From Octopus vulgaris (taxonomy: Eukaryota), in NCBI GenBank assembly GCA_951406725.2, contig OX597829.1, positions 9,920,001 through 9,984,000 on the forward strand: a DNA stretch of 64,000 bases, read 5' to 3'. The position numbers and the translations under genes are program-made. Below the pieces are notes generated by a model, which saw only the letters and a program-made list of their open reading frames with translations, had not been told where the DNA came from and did no database searches. Below are positions 40,520-52,754 of the stretch, in pieces (positions within the stretch are counted from its first letter, which is position 1; each line of letters starts with the position of its first letter).

Positions 40520-42031
40520 AATGCTACGTACCTCAAACCTTCTGACCATGCGACATCAAAATATTTGAAGAAAGTGAGCAAAAGCTAAACCTACATAGAC
40601 GTTTGAATTCGTAAATCTTCCCTCCAAAATTTTGCCATGCGCACTACAAAAATAGTTCCATATGATTAGGAACTATTGGGTTGTCATAAGGGAGTGAAAA
40701 ATCCAAATAGTAATATAATAATAAGAGTAAATAATTTCTATAAAGGCTTTTAAAAAAACCCCAATTATTTATTATATTATATAGCCGATTACCGGCAGGA
40801 ACTTCTGTAAAGTTCAGTATATATATTGTATATAAGAAAAAGGGACTGGCAACAGGTTGCTTGACCGCATTACCGGCAGCAGTCAAGAATGCTTATTTCT
40901 GTAAAGTTGGACTCGGGCACGACAAACCCTGTAATTCACATATGCAAAACAGCAGGAATAGATAACGAAAACGAAGTCTGGTGGTTATCTGTGAACATCA
41001 TGTTTCTGGATTATAAACATATTGAATATATATTGAATATATATTTTTGATATATATTTCATATACATTGCATATATATTTCACATCCTTCTTCAGCACA
41101 GCTTTCCATTGAAAAAGATTTATCATAGATTTATCAAATGCTAGTACCTCAAACCTTCTGACCATGCGACATCAAAATATTTGAAGAAAGTGAGCAAAAG
41201 CTAAACCTACATAGACGTTTGAATTCAAAGTAAATCTTCCCTCCAAAATTTTGCCATGCGCACTACAAAAATAGTTCCATATGATTAGGAACTATTGGGT
41301 TGTCATAAGAGAGTGAAAAATCCAAATAGTAATATAATAATAAGAGTAAATAATTTCTATAAAGGCTTTTAAAAAACCCCCAATTATTTACTGGTAGAAT
41401 TCGGTATGTAAATATAGCCGATTACCGGCAGGAACTTCTGTAAAGTTCAGTAAATATATTGTATATAAGAAAAAGGGACAGGCAACAGGTTGCTTGACCG
41501 CATACCGAAAAAATAGAAATAGCAGTCAAGAATGCTTATTTCTATCAAATATTTTGATGTCGCATGGTCAGAAGGTTTGAGGTACGTAGCATTTGATAAA
41601 TCTATGATAAATCTTTTTCAATGGAAAGCTGTGCTGAAGAAGGATGTGAAATATATATGCAATGTATATGAAATATATATCAAAAATATATATTCAATAT
41701 ATATTCAATATGTTTATAATCCAGAAACATGATGTTCACAGATAACCACCAGACTTCGTTTTCGTTATCTATTCCTGCTGTTTTGCATATGTGAATTACA
41801 GGGTTTGTCGTGCCCGGAGTCCAACTTTGATAGAAATAAGCATTCTTGACTGCTATTTCTATTTTTTCGGTATGCGGTCAAGCAACCTGTTGCCTGTCCC
41901 TTTTTCTTATATACAATATATATACTGAACTTTACAGAAGTTCCTGCCGGTAATCGGCTATATTTACATACCGAATTCTACCAGTAAATAATTGGGGTTT
42001 TTTTAAAAGCCTTTATAGAAATTATTTACTC

Positions 42032-42040
<9 letters not shown>
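40517..42040. repeat. ~617-bp tandem unit (1.7 copies) followed by a ~495-bp inverted copy, in (TA)n
   Basis: Units start at 40517 and 41134; inversion junction at TCAAA 41545-41549; CTGAAGA...GAAA motif at 41634 (+), mirrored near 41090 (-). Confidence 0.88.
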
Positions 42041-42062
<22 letters not shown>

Positions 42063-42070
42063 TATATATA

Positions 42071-42173
42071 CCGAAATAAACACATAAATGTGAAAAAAGG
42101 TGGAAATAAAGAGTACTCAAATACCAGGGGTAGAGTAATATGCTTTATTTAAAAGCAGCAGAAATTCAATAAA

Positions 42174-42174
<1 letters not shown>
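42071..42174 (-). mobile_element. Family A mini-element, 3' tail only
   Basis: Reverse complement of 49590-49688; (TA)n on both flanks. Confidence 0.85.
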
Positions 42175-42238
<64 letters not shown>

Positions 42239-42245
42239 TATATAT

Positions 42246-42608
42246 ACTAGCAGTATCACCCGGCATTGCTTTAGAATTGGAATTTTTGAAAAGTAAAAAA
42301 TTTTGCATTATTCTCTTTAAGTGAACATTTTTCTGGTTGAAATACACGAAAAATTGTGACACAGCAGTCAAAAATTGTAAAAAATAGGGATTTTCATAGA
42401 GAGAAAACACCTTTTTGATGTAAATAATTTTTGGTGTTAACATGGTTCGATTTGAATTTTTTCTTCTACGGAAGGAAGAGCAAGGTTTCTTCTATCATAC
42501 TCTCAATTTTGGTCAACTTGCGCCGCAGGGTCTCGGAGGAGATAGTGTTAGTTGAAGGCTACCAAACCTGGCATACACAGACAACTTCAGCTTTATATAT
42601 ATATAGAT
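42246..42608 (+). mobile_element. Non-autonomous Helitron-like element
   Basis: ACTAGCAGTATCACCCGGCATTGC start and ACAGACAACTTCAGCTTTATATATATATAGAT end. Confidence 0.6.
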
Positions 42609-43061
42609 AATTGGTATGTGTTCACAAATTCCAAACGATTAATACGAAAAAGCCCTCCAGGCTACATCCCGAAAATTCATTTCTTTGACGAATTTCTACA
42701 ATGTTTACGGCGATTCGTTTTTATATCTTGATTTTTTTATTTTTCATGCAATTTACGCATGCTTGCACGCGTGGTTAAACACAGTTCACGTCAAACAACT
42801 GACTGAGTAAAGTTCACTATTCAATGCATGGGATAAGGCCTAAACAAACACATTATCGATTTTTGCACTTGCGAGATGAATTTCGGAACAGAAATAGCGC
42901 AGTTCAATTTTCATTTGCCTAAACTTTAAGTAACCCATTTTTGGTGGTTCTACGATTTGTTAGCTAGGAGGAGATGTGCCGGGAAGTTAAACACACAGAC
43001 ACACACACAGATACACACACAGACACACACACACAGATACATACACAGACACACAAGTTGA

Positions 43062-43106
<45 letters not shown>

Positions 43107-43637
43107 GTATATATATGCATCCATATATATATATATGTATATGTATATATATATTTATATATATATATATATATATAATCAAAATGAGCAACAAGTATAT
43201 CAGAGGTAGGGTAGTACGTTTGTTTCGTGCTACTTCATTTTATTAAACACTGTAAGTATTACATCAGTTTTAAAATGTCGAGCAATCTTCAGCCACTTAT
43301 AGAATTTTCCAATCAAACGGACAATGCACATTATTATCTCCATTTCATTTGCCAACATTATAAAGAGGGTAGGTATATAGACAGAGAGGTTGATTTCATT
43401 CTTAAGAACATGATAGTAGTAAATTCACTTTGTTATCTAGATCTGTCAGTGGGGAGGGGGATTTTATTTTGGTTTTTAATATATCTTATTGACTCCTGAT
43501 ATATTTACTAAATTGATAAAGTTTTTCTCCACAGGTAGTAAATATTATGTCTAACATATTCTTTTAATTAGACTCATTAATAAAAAACGCGCGCGCGCAC
43601 ATATATATATATATATTTATTTATGTACTTTTGATAT

Positions 43638-43696
43638 ATTCAATCGATGACGGTAAAGCTTATTTAAAGCAAAAGCAGAAATCCTGGATCTTGAAT
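43638..43696 (+). ncRNA. Type I hammerhead, degenerate copy (UCGAUGA core)
   Basis: AUUCAA/UUGAAU stem I, GAAA-UCCUGGA-UC. Confidence 0.55.
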
Positions 43697-44125
43697 TATT
43701 CAGTAATATTTTTTGCTAGTCTACTTTGTCCCTCTGTCTTATCTCATGGTACGATATGAACATTTAACGTGGTTTTTAAAGTCAGGGTTTTGACTGCTAT
43801 TTCGGCATGGTGGTGTCTCTCAAACACCCTTATTTTTAGTTGTAAAAAAATGATTACCTTTGTATGGTATATTTTCCCATGCTGGCAACTTGATAATATC
43901 GATATTTAAATATCGATATTATCCTTATTTATAAATTTATATAATTCGTCACTATATTCACTGCGGTGTTTATTTTGACCATGTCGTGCTTATGATGTGT
44001 TTGGCGGGCAATTTAAACTAGCCTTGTACATACGTGCATATATATGTGTGTATGGACGTTCGTATATGTAAGTATAGCGTTTGTTCTGCATATATATATA
44101 TATCTGTATTTATGTACTTTGATAT

Positions 44126-44184
44126 ATTCAACCGATGACGGTAAAGCTTATTTAAAGCAAAACCAGAAATCCTGGATCTTGAAT
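44126..44184 (+). ncRNA. Type I hammerhead, U4C variant
   Basis: AUUCAA-CCGAUGA-CGGU...ACCA-GAAA-UCCUGGA-UC/UUGAAU; perfect 6-bp stem I, near-palindromic stem III. Confidence 0.7.
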
Positions 44185-44327
44185 TATTCAATAATATTTT
44201 TTGCTAGTCTATTTTGTCCCTCTGTCTTATCTCATGGTACGATATGAACATTTGACGTGGTTTTTAAAGTCAGGGTTTTGACTGCTATTTCGGCATGGTG
44301 GTCTCTCTCAGACACCCTTATTTTTAG

Positions 44328-44369
<42 letters not shown>

Positions 44370-44373
<4 letters not shown>

Positions 44374-44404
44374 TGATGAGGATACGGGCATAGCCGAAAC
44401 TAAG
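44370..44404 (+). ncRNA. Truncated hammerhead core stub
   Basis: CUGAUGA-GGAUACGGGCAUAGCC-GAAAC between (TA)n and the broken 3' end of the mariner element. Confidence 0.5.
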
Positions 44405-45391
44405 ACTTCCTTCCATCTATTTACAAGCTATTTAATCCCATAAATATAAAACTCTTTTGATTTCAACGCGAAGAACTCTGAAATGTCAGTTTCGCCCTCC
44501 TCCTGACTTGCGAAAGTAATGTACCCCAAATGATTCTGTAAACTACGAAACAAATGGTAGTCTGAAGGAGCAAAGTTGGGAGAATAAGGTGGATGAGGAA
44601 TTTTTTCCCAGCCAAGCTCTTATGTGATGTGATCTTTGCAGTGTGGGGTCACGCATTGTCCTGATGAAACATCACTCCTTTTCGAATCACTAAAGTGGGC
44701 CTTTTTTTTCCTTCAAGTTTGGTTCAAACGCTCCAATTGCTGCCAGTAGACTTGAGCATTGATTGTTGCGTTAGATGGTAAGAATTTAAAGTGAATTACT
44801 CCTTTGCAACCCCACCAGATAGAACCTTTTTCCATGAAGTTCCCTTCTCGGCCACTGTTTATGATGTTTAACATTTCGATAGAAGATCCATTTTCCGTTA
44901 CCAGTCAGCACAAAGGATGAAATGAGTTGGCGAGAATGAAGAGAAGAGCAGATATCAACTTGGGATTTGCGGTTGCTTTCGGACAATTAATGAGGCACCC
45001 ATTTTCCAAATATAGGAACCTTTCCAAGTTGTTGAAGATGACGATCAACAGTTGTATGATTTGAACTAAGCTTTATTGCCAATTCTTCAACGGGTAATGC
45101 AGGATTTTCTTCAAGTAATGCCTCAAGGAGCTTATCATCAAACTCAACTGGACGTCCTGTTCGATCTTCATCTTCAAGGCTGAAATCTCCACTTCTGAAT
45201 TTTGCAAACCATCTTCTGCAAGTTCTTTCATTCAGGCATTCTTTCCCATAAACTGAGTGTATGTTTCTAGTCGCATCGGCTGCAGAGTTTCCTTTTTTGT
45301 ACTCATAAAGCATTATTTGCCTTAATTGCTATTAAATTTCATTCAGTTTTAAAAAGATAAAATCAGACAGAACTTATGGGATGACCTGATA
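44404..45391 (-). mobile_element. Mariner transposon relic, one TIR retained
   Basis: HTH (RRWFAKFRSG...GRP), WVPH, HQDNA.PH, HPPYSPNFAPSDYHLF, LVNRW; TA-TCAGGTCATCCCATAAGTTC end at 45391. Confidence 0.9.
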
Positions 45392-45394
45392 ATT

Positions 45395-46160
45395 CTGCCA
45401 TGAAGGGAAACAATTGGGCCGGTGAATTTCCAAGATATAACCACCCAGATCATCACAGATCCTCCTCCAAGTTTAACAGTTGGAAGAAAGTAGTCTAGGT
45501 TCAATGCTTCTTTTGGCTGTCTCCACACGCATACTCGGCCAGTGGTCGGAAATAAGGTAAAGGATGACTCGTCCGAGAAAATAACATTCTTCCACTACTC
45601 TAGGGACAAATTCTGTAGGTTTTTACTCCACTCTAAACGCTTTGCAACGTTTGTTTTTGAAAGTATTAGTTTTCTAATTGCAGCTCCCTCGTGAAATCCG
45701 GCTTTGTGCAGCACCCGGCAAACAGTTTTTGTGGAAACTGGGTTCTCGAGGTGGTCATTAAGCTCTACAGTAAGTTTGGGAGCTGTACTTTTGTGATCCT
45801 TTTTAAAAATTCACGTAAGAGTCCGACGGTCCCTATCTGGAGTTTTGTTTCAACGAGGTTTTTCCCTCTTTCTCAAAGGCTGTCATTACTTTCGAGGCAG
45901 TACTTCTTGACACACCAAGCATTTCGGCTGCTTTCGTTATGCTAGTGCCTGCCATACGAGCACCAACAATCTGACCTGTTTGATAGTCCAATAGATCTGT
46001 CATTTTAATGAATTTTAATTACCTTTATCTGATGATATCTGAAAAGAAACAGCAATTTTAGCAAAACATATTAAGCAAAACTAATAATATATTTAAAAAA
46101 AAACTAAAAATAAACAAGCTTTTGACGGTTTTATAAATATTTCAAAATTATGATGCTATG
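45395..46160 (-). mobile_element. Tc1-family transposon relic (N-terminal half of transposase, ATG at 46003)
   Basis: MTDLLDYQTGQIVGARMAG..., VIFSDESSF, TVKLGGGSVMIW on the minus strand. Confidence 0.85.
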
Positions 46161-46310
46161 ATGTATGTATACAATTATGTGCTTTAACTACAGCACCAGT
46201 GCTTTTTAATTCCTATTTCTCGCAACGTGGATGTTCTAACATACTAGTCATATGTAGTGACAATTATAGTTTTCATTTTTCTTGAAACATTGCACACTAC
46301 TGTCTATATT

Positions 46311-46342
<32 letters not shown>

Positions 46343-47589
46343 CTACTAATGTAAGGTGAAGTTTTTTTTACAGAAAAAAATTCCATCAAAAAATGTGGCA
46401 GCATATTAAAATACCTTTAAGGTTAAAATTATAAACAACTTATAAATAAGGGCTAAAGAAAATTATTTCAATGCCAATATGCTGATAACATACTTTTAAA
46501 TCGTCAATTTCCATGTATTATTTACTCGCTACAGAAAAAAACACGAAGAACTGAAATCGGGGAAAGCTGGCCGATAGAATTTTTTAAAAAAGCTTGTTAT
46601 TTCTATATTGAATCAATTTCGGTATTAATCTCATAAAAGATTATTTCCTCTTCAGTAGAACATACGAAAGGATATAAATAAGATACTTACATGCGCCCAT
46701 GGAAAAAAGCCGAAGCAAAAATCATGAGTACATATAAGTACCCCAGATATATCTAAAAATAAAATTGTTTGGTTAGCCTCAGCACAACATGTTGACTGTT
46801 CTCCACTACAGCTTATAGTGGTTACCAGTCCCTATAGCGAGTAGTAATAAGTCTACTACTAATATATATATATACACACACAAACATACAAATATATGTA
46901 TATATATATATATCGCCTTTGTTTTGGGTTTGCAATATTCTTTATGCGAAATGGTATGTTGAAGCACATTTCATTGTCTTAGGAGAGTCCTTCTATGTTA
47001 ATGCCTTATTAATTAACACATTCACCGGTTCGATTTCCACTAATTTACTTATTTTTTCTAAAATTTCCGTTGCTTCATGTAGCGTCTTCAATAGTCGTTC
47101 ACTCTGTCCGTTCAGCCAAACTTCACAGTTTTCCCCAACTATCAAGGCAAGGAAAACATTTCTGTATTAGAATGTTTAAATAAAAAAGAAAATATTTATC
47201 TAAAAATACAGAACACGTCTAAATATGAACGCATAACCGACTTTGGTCTTAGTATATATTTTAATTCATGATCACATACCAATCACTGTACATATTTCAT
47301 CTCACTATTTTTGCTTTTGAATTTTTGTATATATATTTATTTATCCCCTGCCCGAAAGATGAGCAATTACCTCCCCTGTGCCCAATAACCACGATCAAAC
47401 ATAATATTCTTTCACTTATAAAATATATTGAAAAGTATGCAAAAACTATGTAAACTGTGTGCATTTCCCATCTTTTATTTTATATATATATATTATTATT
47501 CTTTTTTGCATTACAACTCACCACGTGGGATAATCGAATTTCTCCTCCACCCTTTTCTTATTATATATATATTCCTTTATTCTTTTATT

Positions 47590-47789
47590 TTTCTTACCTG
47601 TTTCATTCATTTGACTACGGCCATGCTGGAGCCTCGCCTTTAGTCGAGCAACTCGACCCCAGAGCTTATTCTTTGTAAGCCTAGTACTTATGCCATCGGT
47701 GTCTTTTGCCGAACCGTTAGGTTACGGGGAAGTAAACACACCAGCATCGGTTGTCAAGCGATGGTGGGGCGACAAACACAGACACACAA

Positions 47790-47850
<61 letters not shown>

Positions 47851-47952
47851 CACATATACGTCGGACTTTGGTAGAAGACACTTGCCCAAGGTGTCACGCA
47901 GTGACAGGACTATGGGGTTGGTAAGCAAGCTACATACCACACAGCCACTCCT
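47590..47952 (-). mobile_element. Major SINE with internal deletions
   Basis: Head and tail homologous to the other copies. Confidence 0.85.
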
Positions 47953-48366
47953 GTATATGTATATATATATATATAATACACTCACACAGAGACGGACAGA
48001 GGCCGAGAAATAGAAAGAGAGTGGGTGAGAGAGAGAGAGAGAGAGAGGCGATAAGTGAACGGTCCGAAAGTCGGTCAAACTTATGGCACTGAGTTGTGAA
48101 TCCTTTGCTTCGTCTGTTGCCGTTAAGCAGCGTTGTGGGAAAAGAGCGGAGCACCCGTTGTTATCATTATAGATGGGTGTGGCTTTTATCTGAAAAAATA
48201 TCCGTACTTAAAAGACTCCCTTCTCGTAATGTGGTAATGCTTCTACCAGAGATGGGTGATGTTGCTCGACATATGTGTTTATGTGTGTTTCTTTGGCGTG
48301 GCATGGCGTGGTTTTCCATGTGTGCGTGTTACGTTTATGCGTGTGCATCTGAGTCAATGTATGTGC

Positions 48367-48397
<31 letters not shown>

Positions 48398-48754
48398 ATG
48401 ATAAATCTCAGAGCGAATACATATACATACACTCATACACAAACGCGCATAAACACACACATACTCTCTCACATCCATTACTATGTCTGTCTAAGTGGTT
48501 GTTTGCGCTTGCGCGCCCGTAGTTCTCCGTCAGACACGATATGTATATGTAGGTGTATATAAATATATATATGTATGTATACATATGCATCTGTGTGTGT
48601 GTGTGTGTGAATATATATATGTGTATATATATATATAATATATAATATTTACATACATACACACGCGTATATATGTGACAGTGATGGAAAGACGTAAGCA
48701 TACCGTAGGATGAAGCAGAAAGAAGAGTAAGAAAGGAGAGAGAGAGAGATAGAC

Positions 48755-48787
<33 letters not shown>

Positions 48788-49205
48788 GGGAGAGAGAATG
48801 AGAGAGAGAATGAGAGAAGCATCTAGAGAAATGTAGAAATAAAATAAAACGTCGTTTAGATGAAAGACCGAGAAAAAATTTCGGGAAGTGTAAAAGATAA
48901 GATGGAGGGTAGAAACTAGATTCGAAGGGAGGAAGAGAACAAATAAAGAGGGGCAAAAAGTGGGACATGAGAAAGAGAGAGAGAGAGAGAGAGAGAGAAA
49001 ATAAGTTAGAGAAACAGAAATGAGATAGTCAAACTAAGGCGTAAAGACTATAATCTACTCACATAAATGAATATATACATATATACATATGTATATATGC
49101 ATGTATGTTTATATGTGTTTATGTATGTATGTATGTATGCGTATATATATGTATATGCATGTACGTATGCGTTGATACATTTGGTGCACTCGGCCCTTGG
49201 ATTAC

Positions 49206-49252
<47 letters not shown>

Positions 49253-49337
49253 GCTCATGTTTTGAGTTCTAGTTTTCTTGTTTGCATCACCAAACTAATA
49301 TATATATATATATAAATATAATATAATATAAATTTTA

Positions 49338-49451
<114 letters not shown>

Positions 49452-49478
49452 CTTTATTTTAAGCAGCAGAAATTTCAA

Positions 49479-49528
49479 CAAAATCTGTTACTCTGAGTTT
49501 CTCGTTGCCGTTCATCAGACAGTTTTTG
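49479..49528 (-). ncRNA. Type I hammerhead (mirror copy)
   Basis: Reverse complement of 49541-49590. Confidence 0.75.
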
Positions 49529-49540
49529 CTAGAATTCTAG

Positions 49541-49590
49541 CAAAAACTGTCTGATGAACGGCAACGAGAAACTCAGAGTAACAGATTTTG
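49541..49590 (+). ncRNA. Type I hammerhead
   Basis: CAAAAACUGU-CUGAUGA-ACG GCAA CGA-GAAA-CUCAGAG-UA/ACAGAUUUUG; A10.1-A11.1 mismatch. Confidence 0.78.
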
Positions 49591-49688
49591 TTGAATTTTC
49601 TGCTGCTTAAAATAAAGCATATTACTCTACCACTGGTATTTGAGTACTCTTTTTTCCACCTTGTTTCACATTTATGTGTTTACTCCGG

Positions 49689-49864
<176 letters not shown>

Positions 49865-49868
49865 TATA

Positions 49869-50176
49869 GGCGCAGGAGTGGCTGTGTGTTAAGTAGCTTG
49901 TTTACCAACCACACGGTTCCAGGTTCGGTCCCACTGCGTGGCACCTTGGGCAAATGTCTTCTACTATAGCCTCGGGCCAACCAAAGCCTTGTGAGTGGAT
50001 TTGGTAAACGGAAACTGAAAGAAGTCCGTCGTATATATGTATATATATATATGCGTGTGTGTGTTTGTGTGTCTGTGTTTGTCCCCCCTGGCATTGCTTG
50101 ACAACCGATGCTGGTGTGTTTATGTCCCCGTTACTTAGCGGTTCGGCAAAAGACCGATATAACAAGTACTGGGCTT

Positions 50177-50180
<4 letters not shown>
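49869..50180 (+). mobile_element. Major SINE lacking the 3' tail
   Basis: GGCGCAGGAGTGGCTGTGTG head, B box and body. Confidence 0.88.
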
Positions 50181-50491
<311 letters not shown>

Positions 50492-50998
50492 CATGCATAT
50501 ATGGGTACCGGACGTCACCAACTGTAAACAACATGAAGTACGAAAACAAAGGAGTTAAATATGGAAACAACGAGCGCGAAGTTGCATTTGACCCTCTGGC
50601 TGATAACTGATGAGAATTTGGTAACTCTCTCTGTATGTTTACCGTTTGTTTGTGCATTTATTATGTTTTTTATTATTTATTATGGTTCAGACACTTATAA
50701 TGATCAGTGGTTTCAGCTATTGTTAGGAATCATCAGCTTTGTCCGAACGTTCACAGCCTGGGCTAAAACTATTGTGCTGCAAGGAACCTTTCGATTCCCA
50801 CACAAATATACTTAGTCTGCAAACGTATTAATGTGCCGTTCTCTTAGAGGTAAAAAGTGGTACATACGCATTAATATATATATTAGTAAAAACGGTAAGA
50901 TAACAAAAGAAAGAAAGAGACCTCAATATTATGGAACGGCATCCTAAATTCAGAGTTTCATCTTGGCTATTGAATACTTGTCACATATTATTTTACAG

Positions 50999-51036
<38 letters not shown>

Positions 51037-51121
51037 GTAGGTCCCGGGTTGATTCGGGGTTAACCACAGTAAGTAAGGTACTCAATACATAGCAGAGTAA
51101 AATTAATTTATTATATAGAAG

Positions 51122-51173
51122 GAGCTTCTACAGGACTAGTACTGTTTCATTCAGAGAAATCTTCAGGAAGCTC
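51122..51173 (-). ncRNA. Type I hammerhead (family B mini-element ~51037-51220)
   Basis: GAGCUUC-CUGAAGA-UUUC UCU GAAU-GAAA-CAG UACUAGUC CUG-UA/GAAGCUC; perfect 7-bp stem I, 4-bp stem III. Confidence 0.82.
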
Positions 51174-51216
51174 TGAAGATTTCTATATATATATATATAC
51201 TCCTTCTATATAATAA

Positions 51217-51268
<52 letters not shown>

Positions 51269-51623
51269 CAATACTGGGAGGATAAGAAACGGAGCGAAGC
51301 GAAAAACCGAACGAACCCGACGCGAAGCGCTGTCAGACAATAGTCTAATAAATAAAATATATGCATACATACAAACATATATGTACGTACCTACATCTAC
51401 ATGTATATATACATGCATATATAAATAAATATACGTAAGTACAGGACACCACAAAAAGACGTAGAACTCGACAGAAACGAAAACGGAAAAGCCATTTTTT
51501 TACAACAGAAAGACGGAGACGTGGAACAGGACGAGAACGAAAACGGGAAAAACATTATATACAACAGAAAAAACAAGGTACAGGACAAGCTACACAAGGA
51601 AAATCCCCAATCATCAGCTGTCG

Positions 51624-51678
51624 CTAGTAGACTTAGCGTGTTTCGAAGGCAAGACAGGACACGACTCGTCAATACTAG
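51624..51678 (-). ncRNA. Type I hammerhead, U3 variant (family C)
   Basis: CUAGUA-UUGACGA-G...C-GAAA-CACGCUAAG-UC/UACUAG; perfect 6-bp stem I, GUC triplet. Confidence 0.65.
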
Positions 51679-51820
51679 GCTTTCCTGCGACAGAATTAAA
51701 ATAAAATAACCTCGAAGAGGGGTAAAACAAGTACGAAAAAATGTAACACAAACAGGACGTAACAATAAAAATGCACAATAAAATACAAGATAAAAATACA
51801 TGTGCATATATATATATATA

Positions 51821-51995
51821 GTTAATCCAAGCAAGAAAACATAGAAAAAACACAGCAACGCGAGGACGTGGAACAATTAAAGTATTATTTGACGCTCAGG
51901 AAAGAAGGGAAGGAGGGTATAACGTTTCGAGCGGAGCTCTTCGCCGGAAACAAAGGAGAAGGAAAGATCCCGAGAAGGGAAGACAGAGGAAAAAA
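51821..51995 (-). mobile_element. PLE-type stub with decayed HHR
   Basis: CCGGCGAA-GAGC UCC GCUC-GAAACGU; ends in AAC(TA)n. Confidence 0.55.
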
Positions 51996-52021
51996 ACATT
52001 TTTGATGGTGGTGCTCAAGAG

Positions 52022-52053
<32 letters not shown>

Positions 52054-52057
<4 letters not shown>

Positions 52058-52337
52058 TTTAATTTGTCAAAATATTTTCGTCGCTTTAAGACCGCGACCT
52101 GTTCACTGACAAAAATCCGTGCTGCATCTGACGCAGCACGGATTTTTGTCAGTGAACAGGTCGCGGTCTTAAAGCGAAGAAAATATTTTGACAAATTAAA
52201 CTTAAATGTTGAAGTGAATCTGACGGTTTTTGTGTGTTTCTTAAATGACTTATAAACACCTTCCACGCTGCAATTGTTTTCGTTTCAGCACACGATCTCA
52301 GATCAAGTCACTCGCTATGCAAGTACATCTCCGTAAC
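52054..52337 (+). mobile_element. Fold-back mini-element, family D (72-bp arms, 7-nt loop, plus tail) in (TA)n
   Basis: Arms 52054-52125 / 52133-52204, one mismatch. Confidence 0.85.
52063..52113 (-). ncRNA. Hammerhead-fold motif with G3-C8 core (mirror copy on + at 52145-52195)
   Basis: UUUGUCA-GUGAACA-G GUCGC GGUCUUAAA GCGAC-GAAA-AUAU-UU/UGACAAA. Confidence 0.6.
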
Positions 52338-52483
52338 ATATATATATATATATATGCACACACACACAAACAAGCACAGAAACACAAACACATATGTACA
52401 TGTGTGTGTGTGTGTGTGTATAGACAGAAGTAGAAGAAGAAGAAGAAGAAGAAGAAGAAGAAGAAGAAGAAGAAGAAGAAGAA

Positions 52484-52531
<48 letters not shown>

Positions 52532-52674
52532 AAGCACAGAAAAAAAAATAAGAACAAGAAGCGAGAGCTACATATATGAGTAGCCAGGCAGACGGACAGA
52601 GATTGACAGAGAAACACACATAGAAAGAGAGAGAGAGAGAAAGATATAAAGATAGATAGATAGATAGATAGATT

Positions 52675-52754
<80 letters not shown>

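Larger units (their letters stand above)
43617..44328 (+). mobile_element. Retrozyme-like element: two ~222-bp direct repeats, each with an HHR, around a ~265-bp unique core
   Basis: Repeats 43617-43841 and 44107-44328; (TA)n flanks; no ORF. Confidence 0.78.
49452..49688 (+). mobile_element. Fold-back HHR mini-element, family A, copy 2 (166-bp palindrome plus tail) in (TA)n
   Basis: Palindrome 49452-49617 centred at 49534/49535, 83-bp arms, one mismatch. Confidence 0.88.

Noticed and set aside
43190-43330. CTGAAGA on the minus strand beside (TA)n; similar weak motifs near 47060-47095, 8250 and 51611
   Set aside because: No convincing GAAA, stem III and stem I set; may be dead PLE stubs.
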